Positions 18,307 to 27,010 of a DNA stretch of 64,000 nt are shown here, in pieces. The stretch spans positions 9,213 to 73,212 of the forward strand of contig CALCNX010000089.1 in the NCBI GenBank assembly GCA_937899715.1, given 5' to 3'. How positions within the stretch are numbered: the stretch's first letter is position 1; each line of letters starts with the position of its first letter. The position numbers were made by a program, and so were the translations under genes. The notes under the pieces are model-generated. The model ran no database searches. It had not been told where the DNA came from and worked only from the letters and a program-made list of their open reading frames with translations. The stretch is from an uncultured bacterium. Lineage in GTDB: Bacteria > Bacteroidota > Ignavibacteria > Kapaibacteriales > UBA4661.

Positions 18307-19836
18307 ATGAAAACCAATCGGCGAACATTTTTGCAGCTTGCGGGCGGCACTGCGTTTGCACTCGCAGGTGGAAATGCCTTTCAAAGCTGCATGAACCCAA
18401 TGAATTCCGGTAATATGACCGAAGTAACAATTGGTGGCGAAACAGGTCTGCCGTTCCGCCAACCTTCGGTCTGGAATGGTTCTGGTATCAGCGCAAGCAC
18501 TACGACGCTCGACGTGCAAGGCGCTCCCGTTCAAGCATGGGCAATGGGCAGCTCGGTACTCGCGCCAACTATTCGCGTGCCGAAAGGTGCAGCGTTTTCA
18601 GTGCAACTTCAAAATCAGCTTGCAATGGAGACCAATATCCACTGGCACGGCTTGACTGTTCCCTCAACCATGGACGGGCATCCGAAAGACGTTGTCAAAA
18701 CGGGCGGTACATTTACTTATGCTTTCCCCGTTTTTGACCGTGCTGGAACGTACTGGTATCATCCGCACCCGCATAAAAATACGGCACGACAGACCTATAT
18801 GGGCATGGCGGGATTGTTCATCGTTGACGACCCCGCAGAAGCCTCTCTCAATCTGCCTTCGGGCGAATTTGACGTACCGCTCGTGCTGCAAGACAAACGC
18901 TTTCAGCAAGTGAAACGCTTCGTTTATGCACCTTCGATGGCAGACGTAATGACGGGTTATTTGGGCGATACAATGTTCGTAAACGGTGCTCCGGTGCCAT
19001 ATCTGGACGTAGAGAATGGTCTCTACCGCTTTCGTGTGCTGAACGCAGCAACGGCACGGGTAATGAAATTGGGCTTTGAAAACGGCATGGTGTTTCACGT
19101 TATTGGTACAGACGGGGGATTGATTGACGCGCCACAACAGGTAACAAGCGTAATGCTCTCGCCGGGCGAGCGTGTTGAGATTCTCGTGAACTTTGCGAGC
19201 ATAGCGCTTGGTGGCTCGGCGTTGTTTCAAACGCAGGAATTTACCTTGCCCGCTGCACCAGCATCACAGAGCGGGATGAATGGAATGACGATGAGCGCGT
19301 ACAAGCAAGGAATGGCAATGCCTATCATGCGCTTCAATGTGAAACGACAAACTACGCGGCAAACGACCATTCCACAGGCTCTCACACCGATTGAGCGCAT
19401 AAGCGCAGCACAAGCGACGAAAACACGGACGTTCACACTGAATATGGAAATGGTGTCGCTTGAAGGTGGTGCAACGCCTCATGGTGGCACAAATGGTGGC
19501 GAAATGATGCGCCACACGATAAATGGTAAACTCTTCGCAATGGAACGCATTGATGAGAAAATCACTTTTGGCACAACCGAAATCTGGGAATTCCAGAACA
19601 AAGGCGATGAGCCACACCCAATGCACGTTCACGGAACCCAGTTTCAAGTTTTGTCGCGCTCCGGTGGTGCGCTCGCGCCAGTGGATATGGGGTGGAAAGA
19701 CACTGTGCTGGTGAATCCCAATGAGAGTGCGCGCGTCATTCTGCGCTTCGACAAGTATCGAGGTATATACTTGGTGCATTGCCACAACCTTGAACACGAA
19801 GACGATGGTATGATGCAAAATTTTGAAGTCGTATAG
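18307..19836 (+). CDS. Tat-exported multicopper oxidase (CueO/CopA-like).
   Basis: Tat signal MKTNRRTFLQLAGGTAFALAGG. Copper ligand motifs HWHG, WYHPHPH, HPMHVHG, HCHNLEHEDDGMM. Confidence 0.85.
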   Translation: MKTNRRTFLQLAGGTAFALAGGNAFQSCMNPMNSGNMTEVTIGGETGLPFRQPSVWNGSGISASTTTLDVQGAPVQAWAMGSSVLAPTIRVPKGAAFSVQLQNQLAMETNIHWHGLTVPSTMDGHPKDVVKTGGTFTYAFPVFDRAGTYWYHPHPHKNTARQTYMGMAGLFIVDDPAEASLNLPSGEFDVPLVLQDKRFQQVKRFVYAPSMADVMTGYLGDTMFVNGAPVPYLDVENGLYRFRVLNAATARVMKLGFENGMVFHVIGTDGGLIDAPQQVTSVMLSPGERVEILVNFASIALGGSALFQTQEFTLPAAPASQSGMNGMTMSAYKQGMAMPIMRFNVKRQTTRQTTIPQALTPIERISAAQATKTRTFTLNMEMVSLEGGATPHGGTNGGEMMRHTINGKLFAMERIDEKITFGTTEIWEFQNKGDEPHPMHVHGTQFQVLSRSGGALAPVDMGWKDTVLVNPNESARVILRFDKYRGIYLVHCHNLEHEDDGMMQNFEVV

Positions 19837-19903
19837 GAGTGCGGAATGTACACCGCTTCTTCAAGTCAAACTAAAATTTTATGCAGAATAAATTCTGCAC
19901 TCC
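19836..19903. repeat. Copper-island palindromic element, copy D (GGAGTGCGGAAT …44 nt… ATTCTGCACTCC).
   Basis: It starts at the last base of the multicopper-oxidase stop and ends 18 nt before the cusA ATG. The terminal inverted repeat matches 11 of 12. Confidence 0.7.
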
Positions 19904-19921
19904 AATAAGATTCCTACCGCC

Positions 19922-22900
19922 ATGATTGAAAATATCATCGAATGGAGCGCGAAGAACCGTTTTATCGTTCTTTTAGCGTACTGCATCATTATCGGCATTG
20001 GCGTTTTCGCCGTCGCACGGCTGCCTGTGGATGCTATTCCCGACCTTTCGGAAAACCAAGTAATTGTCTTTACGGAATGGATGGGACGCTCACCCGAAGT
20101 GGTCGAAAATCAAGTAACCTACCCGATTGTGTCGAATCTGCAAGGACTTCCGCAGGTCAAAGCAGTACGCGCTTCCTCCATGTTCGGAATGTCGTTTGTG
20201 TTCGTCATTTTTGAGGACAACACGGATTTGTATTTTTCGCGGAACCGTGTGCTGGAGCGCTTGAACGTCATTCAAGCAAAACTGCCCGCAGGCGTTACGC
20301 CCACGCTTGGACCTGACGGCACGGGAGTTGGTCACGTGTTCTGGTACACGCTCGAAAGCAAAAAACCTCAAAGTAAAAGCTCTCAAAGCAATAGCTCAAC
20401 AAGCAAGGATGGAAAGCACTTCTACGATGCCGGAACACTCCGCGCTGTGCAGGATTGGTACGTGCGCTATAAACTCTCAGCGGTGGAAGGAGTGGCGGAA
20501 GTGGCAAGCATCGGCGGTTTTGTCAGGCAATATCAAGTGGATATTGACCCGATGAAACTTCGCGCTTACAACGTGAGCGTAGCGGAAGTCGTGAACGCGC
20601 TCCAACGCAGTAACAATGAGGTTGGCGGGAAACTACTTGAAATCAGCAGCGCAGAGTATTTTGTGCGCGGTCAGGGCTACATTCATTCCAAAGAAGACAT
20701 CGAAAATACTGTCGTCCGCACGGCATCGAATGGCGTTCCCTTGATGATACAAAACATTGCCACCGTGCAGCTTGGCGGCGACATCAGGCGCGGCACGATG
20801 GACAGAGACGGCAAAGGTGAGGCAGTTGGCGGAATTATCGTTATGCGGAGCGGCGAAAACGCTCGTGCGGTGATTGAGCGCGTGAAGCAAAAAATTACGG
20901 AGATTTCGCCCGGACTGCCCGAAGGCGTGGAAATATACGCCTCCTACGACCGCTCGACGTTGATTGAAGCGGCGGTAGGGACGCTTGAACGCGCTTTAGT
21001 TGAAGCCGCCATCGTGGTTTCGATTATCGTCGGAATTTTTCTTCTGCATTGGCGGAGTATTATCCGCATTATCATTGAATTGCCGATTGCTGTGCTGATG
21101 TCGTTTATTCTGATGTATGCTTTGGGTATCACGTCCAACATTATGAGTCTGGGCGGGATTATCCTTGCTGTGGGCGTGATTGTGGATTCGTCCATTGTTC
21201 TGGTGGAAAATTCGTATCGCAATATTGCCCACGCCATTGAACAAAAAGGACACCTCACGCCGGATGAGTACAAGCGGATTGCGATTGATTCCGCGAAACA
21301 AGTCGGTCGAGCTATTTTCTTTAGCGACCTCATTATTCTTGTGTCGTTTCTGCCCGTGTTTTTGCTTACCGGGCAAGAAGGCAAGCTCTTCAAGCCGCTT
21401 GCATTCACGAAAAGTTTCGCGCTTTTGTCGTCCGCAATCGTCGTTGTAACGCTTATTCCTGTTTTGATGACAATGCTTATGCGTGGCAATTTCAAGCCTG
21501 AAGATGCCAATGTACTCACGCGCTTTTTCAAATGCCTCTACGAGCCGATTATTCATTGGGTGCTGAAGTGGCGCAAAACCACAATGGCAATCAACATTCT
21601 CGCACTTCTCGCCACGATTCCGATGATAATGAACACGGGTTCGGAATTCATGCCACCGCTTGATGAAGGTTCGATTTTGTATATGCCCGTAACGCTGCCG
21701 AATGCTTCCACACCGGAAGTAAACCGCATTTTACAGGAACAAGACCGCATTATTAAAACCGTGCCGGAAGTCGCTCATGTTCTGGGCAAGGCAGGACGCG
21801 CCGAAACTGCAACCGACAACGCGCCGGTGAGCATGATTGAGACAATTATTCTGCTCAAGCCCAAAGAAGAGTGGCGGGCTGGGCTTCGCAAAAAAGACAT
21901 TATAGCCGAACTGGATAAAAAACTGCAAATCCCGGGCGTTCGCAACGGCTGGACGCAACCGATTATCAACCGCATCAATATGCTTTCCACAGGCGTTCGT
22001 ACTGACATTGGCTTCAAAATTTACGGTGATAATTTGGACACGCTGGAACACTACGCCATCAAAGCCGAAGAAATCTTAAAAACGGTTCCGGGAGCAGCGG
22101 ATGTGGTGGCAGACCGTGCACAAAACGGATATTATCTGGACATCAGTATCAAGCGAGAAGCCGCAGCACGATACGGCGTAAAGGTCGCCGATGTGCAGGA
22201 CATTATCGAAACCGCTATTGGCGGACAAAATTTGAGCGTTATTCTGGATGGTCGTATGCGCTTCCCGCTCCGAATGCGCTTCGCACGGGATTCCCGCGAA
22301 AGTATTGATGAATTGGAGCGTTTAATTGTACCTATTCCGGCACGAGGTTCTGTGGAAGCAAGTTTCGGTGTAGGCAGTAGTGCAACTGGTGGTATGAGCA
22401 GCGGCAGTGTGGCGGCGAGTGGAGGTATGGGTGGAATGAATAACTCTGCCACTCCCGTTAAAGAAGCAAGCAACAATGCGGGTGCTGATGCAGGAAGTTC
22501 CTCGTCGCTCTTCTCAAGCGGTCAGTCAGGCGGGCAAACTTTTGTTCCCCTTTTCTATCTCGCTGATATTCGTGTCGTGAATGGTCCTTCGATGATAAAC
22601 AGCGAACACGGTTCACTCAGGGCTGTTGTGTTCATGAATGCTCGTGGGCGTGATATGGGCGGCGTAGTGGAGGATGCACAGCGTACCATCGCGGAAAAAC
22701 TGAAACTGCCGACGGGGTATTCGGTGGAATGGAGCGGGCAGTACGAGCATAAAATTCGCGCCGACCGCACTATCAAAATCATCATGCCCGTTGTGTTTCT
22801 CATCATTTTCGTTTTGCTGTATTTCACGCTGAAAGATTACGTCGAGGCAGGAGTAGTGATGCTTTCCGTGCCATTTGCGCTCATTGGCGGAATGTACATG

Positions 22901-23347
22901 ATTTACGCATTAGGCTATAATTTTTCGATTGCTGTGTGGGTAGGATTTATCGCGCTCTACGGCGTGGCGGTGGAAACAGGTGTGGTGATGGTGGTTTATC
23001 TGCACGAGGCATTGGACAAACGCTTGCTGGCTGTACAGCGCGGTGAGCGTGGTGCGCTCACGAACACCGATATTTACAAGGCAGCAGTAGAAGGCTCCGT
23101 ATTGCGCTTGCGCCCCAAACTGATGACGGTGCTGACGGCAATGATTGGGCTTGTACCCGTGATGTGGGCGACAGGAACAGGTGCGGACGTAATGAAGCCG
23201 CTCACTGCCCCGATGATTGGTGGTCTGCTTACGTCTGCTGTTCACGTGCTGGTCGTAACGCCGGTACTGTTTGTGATGATGAAAGAGCGGGCTTTGAAAC
23301 GTGGAACACTCGAAGTCTCGAAAATGGCAGGATGGATGGGGCATTGA
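19922..23347 (+). CDS. cusA: Heavy-metal efflux RND transporter, CusA/CzcA (HME) family, with a ~90-aa Gly/Ser/Met-rich low-complexity insertion.
   Basis: 12-TM RND architecture and typical HME-RND segments (…AIPDLSENQVIV…, …GGIILAVGVIVDSSIVLVEN…). Insertion …GSSATGGMSSGSVAASGGMGGMNNSATPVKEASNNAGADAGSSSSLFSSGQSGGQTF… near residue 820. Confidence 0.9.
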   Translation: MIENIIEWSAKNRFIVLLAYCIIIGIGVFAVARLPVDAIPDLSENQVIVFTEWMGRSPEVVENQVTYPIVSNLQGLPQVKAVRASSMFGMSFVFVIFEDNTDLYFSRNRVLERLNVIQAKLPAGVTPTLGPDGTGVGHVFWYTLESKKPQSKSSQSNSSTSKDGKHFYDAGTLRAVQDWYVRYKLSAVEGVAEVASIGGFVRQYQVDIDPMKLRAYNVSVAEVVNALQRSNNEVGGKLLEISSAEYFVRGQGYIHSKEDIENTVVRTASNGVPLMIQNIATVQLGGDIRRGTMDRDGKGEAVGGIIVMRSGENARAVIERVKQKITEISPGLPEGVEIYASYDRSTLIEAAVGTLERALVEAAIVVSIIVGIFLLHWRSIIRIIIELPIAVLMSFILMYALGITSNIMSLGGIILAVGVIVDSSIVLVENSYRNIAHAIEQKGHLTPDEYKRIAIDSAKQVGRAIFFSDLIILVSFLPVFLLTGQEGKLFKPLAFTKSFALLSSAIVVVTLIPVLMTMLMRGNFKPEDANVLTRFFKCLYEPIIHWVLKWRKTTMAINILALLATIPMIMNTGSEFMPPLDEGSILYMPVTLPNASTPEVNRILQEQDRIIKTVPEVAHVLGKAGRAETATDNAPVSMIETIILLKPKEEWRAGLRKKDIIAELDKKLQIPGVRNGWTQPIINRINMLSTGVRTDIGFKIYGDNLDTLEHYAIKAEEILKTVPGAADVVADRAQNGYYLDISIKREAAARYGVKVADVQDIIETAIGGQNLSVILDGRMRFPLRMRFARDSRESIDELERLIVPIPARGSVEASFGVGSSATGGMSSGSVAASGGMGGMNNSATPVKEASNNAGADAGSSSSLFSSGQSGGQTFVPLFYLADIRVVNGPSMINSEHGSLRAVVFMNARGRDMGGVVEDAQRTIAEKLKLPTGYSVEWSGQYEHKIRADRTIKIIMPVVFLIIFVLLYFTLKDYVEAGVVMLSVPFALIGGMYMIYALGYNFSIAVWVGFIALYGVAVETGVVMVVYLHEALDKRLLAVQRGERGALTNTDIYKAAVEGSVLRLRPKLMTVLTAMIGLVPVMWATGTGADVMKPLTAPMIGGLLTSAVHVLVVTPVLFVMMKERALKRGTLEVSKMAGWMGH

Positions 23348-23395
23348 TTTTTTTGAATTGACTCTATTTCACCAAAATCTACTGTACAAAAATGT

Positions 23396-24721
23396 ATGCG
23401 ACTAATAATCATTGCTCTTTTACCAACGCTTCTTTGTGGAGTTTCACTCCCTGCGCAGCCGCTTGATTCCTTGCTTGCCGAAGCTACACGAAACAACGCA
23501 CAGCTTCGCGCTTACGGTTTCGCTGTGCAAGCCGCCGAACATCGCATAGATGCTGCTGGCGCACTGCCACCTCCGCAAGCAGGTGTATCGGTGGAGCAAG
23601 TGCCGGTCGGCAATTTTAACATTGTGAACAGCGCACTATCCAACAACTTCTACGCTTCGCAAATGTTCATGCTGGGCGGAAAACTTGACGCAATGCAAGA
23701 CATGGAGCGGGCGCGAGTAAAAAACGAACACGAGCGCACTCAAGAATTTGCAGCTAAACTTCGCGCCGAAATTACGACCGCCTACACGATGCTTTGGCGC
23801 ATTGACCGCCAGCGCGAGGTGTACGCCAGCACTGCCACCCTTCTTTCGCGCTCCATCGAAGTCGCATCGGCACAAGTGCAAGCCGCACGACTTCCCTACA
23901 CAGAAGTAATGCGCTTGGAAGCAGAGAAATCCCTTGCGCTTCTGAAACACACAACGCTTGGTAACGAACGTAAATCTGCGATTGCTATGCTGAATGCGCT
24001 ACTGGGGCGTACAAATACGGCTTCGGTGAATATTACGCCTATTCTCGCAGAACGACGATTTATCGAAGAACAAGTTCGTATCAATCTTAAACGACTTGTC
24101 GTCTCCAATCCCACGCTACGACGTATGACAAGCATGATTGCCATGACTGAAGCGGAACGGATTTCGAGCGAAAAAGAGTCAATTCCTGACGTGATGCTAC
24201 AAGGGATGATTATGCGAATGCCTCAAGGAATGGCGCTTACGGCGAATTCACCTATTTTCACTGGTGCGCTTGAATCACCATTTGCCTACGTTGTTCGTGC
24301 GCCGAATGCCCCACCTGACTTTATGTATAGCCTCATGGCACAAATTACGTTGCCCTTTGCACCATGGTCGTCGGCAAAATATACCGCCAAAACACAAGAA
24401 CTCGCAGCCATAGCCACCTCGCAAACACTGGAGCGCGAGAATATGGAGCGGATGCTCTCGGCACAAGTAGAAGAACAAGTACAAAAAATGCAGACTGCCG
24501 CAGAAACCGCAGACATCCTCGAAAAAACGGTCATTCCGCTTTACGAACGCACGTTGGATGCCCAATTAACAATGCTCTCCACCGCACAAGCAAGCATAAA
24601 CACACTGCTCGACACTGAGCGAATGCTATTGATGAAGCGCGATGACCTGCTCATGGCACGTGAGCAATACCACCTTGCGCTCGCTCAGCTAGAATACTTG
24701 CTTGGCGAGCCGTTGCGATGA
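23396..24721 (+). CDS. cusC: Outer-membrane efflux factor (TolC/CusC-like).
   Basis: Signal peptide and two-repeat OEP architecture with coiled-coil periplasmic segments. Located between cusA and cusB. Confidence 0.75.
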   Translation: MRLIIIALLPTLLCGVSLPAQPLDSLLAEATRNNAQLRAYGFAVQAAEHRIDAAGALPPPQAGVSVEQVPVGNFNIVNSALSNNFYASQMFMLGGKLDAMQDMERARVKNEHERTQEFAAKLRAEITTAYTMLWRIDRQREVYASTATLLSRSIEVASAQVQAARLPYTEVMRLEAEKSLALLKHTTLGNERKSAIAMLNALLGRTNTASVNITPILAERRFIEEQVRINLKRLVVSNPTLRRMTSMIAMTEAERISSEKESIPDVMLQGMIMRMPQGMALTANSPIFTGALESPFAYVVRAPNAPPDFMYSLMAQITLPFAPWSSAKYTAKTQELAAIATSQTLERENMERMLSAQVEEQVQKMQTAAETADILEKTVIPLYERTLDAQLTMLSTAQASINTLLDTERMLLMKRDDLLMAREQYHLALAQLEYLLGEPLR

Positions 24722-24730
24722 TTTTTTATC

Positions 24731-24794
24731 GGATTGCGGAATTTTAATTCCGCCTTTTTCAACAATTTCAATCGCGGAATAAATTCCGCACTTC
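24731..24794. repeat. Copper-island palindromic element, copy E (GGATTGCGGAATTTTAATTCCGC … GCGGAATAAATTCCGCACTTC).
   Basis: Two perfect GCGGAAT-N2/4-ATTCCGC palindromes flanked by degenerate GGAtTG / CACTtC arms. It lies between the cusC stop (24721) and the cusB ATG (24805). Confidence 0.6.
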
Positions 24795-24804
24795 ATGCAC
24801 GATT

Positions 24805-26100
24805 ATGAACTACCTCATTCTTGCCATTCTTTTTATCCTGACGGCGTGTTCGCAAAAACAGAACGCGCAAAATGGACACGCAGGACACAATGATTCTACC
24901 GCTCTGCAAGCCGCAAAGCCCGTCAAATATATCTGTCCGATGCACCCCAAAGTAACGTCCGACAAAGAAGGTATTTGTCCAATTTGTCAGATGGACTTAG
25001 TGCCGGAAAACAGCCCTGAAGCGAAGGAATACGCGGAGGACGAGCATTCTCACGAGCATAGTTCTCACGAGAACAGTTCTCATACGGAACATACGTTGGG
25101 CGAGCTTGCCATAACAGGGCAAAGCCGTGTACTGGCGGATGTGCAAACAGCAACCGTTCAGAGCGAGTCTATTCATCGCACCGTCAATGTTGTTGGCACA
25201 TTGGACTTTGCCGAACAGAATCGCCGCAGTATCACTGCCCGCGTGAGTGGACGGATTGAAAAATTATACGTGAACCAGTCTGGGATGACCATTCGTAAGG
25301 GGCAGGCACTTTTTGATGTGTACAGCCCCGAACTCCTACAAGCACAAAACGAGTATATCATTGCCTTCAAAAACCAGCAATTAGCAAGCCTGAGCGGTGG
25401 CACAAGCACGGCAATTCTCAGAAAATTGAAAGAGCGTTTGATGATTTGGGGGCTGACCGAAGAGCAAGTTCAGGCACTAGAGCGCTCGCAGGATGCACCA
25501 CTCACAACCACTCTTCATGCGCCTTTCGGCGGGACGGTGATTGAGAAAAAAGTTGTGGAAGGAACGTTTGTGAGCATCGGCGCACCACTCTTTGAAGTTG
25601 CCGACCTTTCTACGCTGTGGAATATAGCAGGGATTTATGAAACAGACGTGGCGGCGGTGAAGATTGGTCAACAGGTTGCTCTGAGGACGCAAACCTATCC
25701 GGGCGAGACCTTCAAAGGGCGCATTGCCTTTATCTATCCCGTCGTGAACGCGGAATCGCGCACGGTGAAAGTCCGTATTGAAACGCCCAACCCTCACAAA
25801 AGGCTACGTCCGGCGATGTACACCGAAACAACGTTTATGCTCAATCAAGGCAAAGGCTTGACTGTTCCCAATGATGCGGTGTTGGTAACAGGCAAACAAT
25901 CTATTGTTTGGGTGCAGGCACAGGTCGAAGCAAACAAATTCGAGGCGCGGCGCGTAACGCTGGGAGCAAAATTTGACGGTAAAATACAAATTCTTTCCGG
26001 TGTATCGGCAGGAGAAAAAGTGGTGGCACGTGGTGGATTTTTGCTGGATTCGGAGCGGCAGTTGCGCGGTGGAACTGGCAGCGAAGGACATCAGCATTAA
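24805..26100 (+). CDS. cusB: RND efflux membrane-fusion (periplasmic adaptor) protein CusB-like, with an N-terminal YxCPMHP heavy-metal-binding domain and a His-rich stretch.
   Basis: Lipobox LILAILFILTACSQ; HMBD-type motif YICPMHPKVTSDKEGICPICQMDL; His-rich EDEHSHEHSSHENSSHTEH; HlyD/biotin-lipoyl-like barrel segments. Confidence 0.85.
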   Translation: MNYLILAILFILTACSQKQNAQNGHAGHNDSTALQAAKPVKYICPMHPKVTSDKEGICPICQMDLVPENSPEAKEYAEDEHSHEHSSHENSSHTEHTLGELAITGQSRVLADVQTATVQSESIHRTVNVVGTLDFAEQNRRSITARVSGRIEKLYVNQSGMTIRKGQALFDVYSPELLQAQNEYIIAFKNQQLASLSGGTSTAILRKLKERLMIWGLTEEQVQALERSQDAPLTTTLHAPFGGTVIEKKVVEGTFVSIGAPLFEVADLSTLWNIAGIYETDVAAVKIGQQVALRTQTYPGETFKGRIAFIYPVVNAESRTVKVRIETPNPHKRLRPAMYTETTFMLNQGKGLTVPNDAVLVTGKQSIVWVQAQVEANKFEARRVTLGAKFDGKIQILSGVSAGEKVVARGGFLLDSERQLRGGTGSEGHQH

Positions 26101-26160
26101 GGCGCAACACCACAAAAAACGAGCGGTGGAGCATTTTTTTCGCTTGCAGAGTTACTCTCC

Positions 26161-26874
26161 TCACCGATAATCAGGCTTCACCGCATACTCAATTGGGTCA
26201 TCCAATCCGGCAAGCTGAAAGCCGCGCAGACGCAAGGCACACGAGTCGCACTCCCCGCAAGCCACGTCATTCCGCTTGTAGCAGCTCCACGTCAGATGGA
26301 GCGGAGCGCCTAATTCAGCGCCTTTCAAGACAATATCTTTTTTGGAAAATGTAATGACTGGTGTGTAAATCGTGATGCGCGTTTCCGGTTTTGTGCCTGC
26401 ATCAATCACACTTTGGAACGCCTCGTAAAATTCACGTCTGCAATCGGGATAGCCGCTTCCATCTTCCTCCACAGCGCCGATATAAAGTGCTTTTGCGCCC
26501 AGCACTTCTGCCCAACTCACCGCAATTGCCAGAATATTTGCGTTGCGAAAGGGAACATAACTGGTTGGGATAGTCGTGGTTACCAAATCCGCACTCGAAA
26601 CTTCGATGGTTGTATCGGTGAGACTGCTACCGCCTATCGCCGCAAAGTGGGTTACGTCCACCGCGAGGCGTTTTTCTACTCCGTAGAAGTCTGCAATCGC
26701 GTGAAATGACCGAAGTTCACGCTCTTGTGTACGTTGCCCGTAGTTCAAATGTAGTGCCGCAATTTCATAGCCTGCCGCGTGAGCAATGGCAGCGCACACG
26801 GCAGAATCCATGCCGCCGCTCAAGAGAACAACAGCGAGAGGCTTTATTTCAGGTTTGGTATTGGATTTATTCAT
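26161..26874 (-). CDS. queC: 7-cyano-7-deazaguanine synthase.
   Basis: PP-loop SGGMDS at the N-terminus and the C-terminal zinc cysteines CGECDSC; 237 aa. Confidence 0.9.
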   Translation of the reverse strand: MNKSNTKPEIKPLAVVLLSGGMDSAVCAAIAHAAGYEIAALHLNYGQRTQERELRSFHAIADFYGVEKRLAVDVTHFAAIGGSSLTDTTIEVSSADLVTTTIPTSYVPFRNANILAIAVSWAEVLGAKALYIGAVEEDGSGYPDCRREFYEAFQSVIDAGTKPETRITIYTPVITFSKKDIVLKGAELGAPLHLTWSCYKRNDVACGECDSCALRLRGFQLAGLDDPIEYAVKPDYR

Positions 26875-27010
26875 TCGTCAAGACGGGAAGTTTTTGTATC
26901 TTTGATGTTTGATAATTTTAGCGAGGAACGTAGGTTTTTCAGCCTAAAAAGACAAAGAAAGTTGTCACAACACCATTAAATACTTACTTTCTCTGAACGT
27001 ACTAAAAAGA

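Noticed and set aside
20090-23344. Numerous antisense and alternative-frame ORFs inside cusA (for example 20944..21531, 20996..21556, 22910..23344).
   Set aside because: They lie entirely within a well-supported 1141-aa RND transporter gene. Their low-complexity or Cys/His/Arg-rich translations are typical of shadow ORFs.
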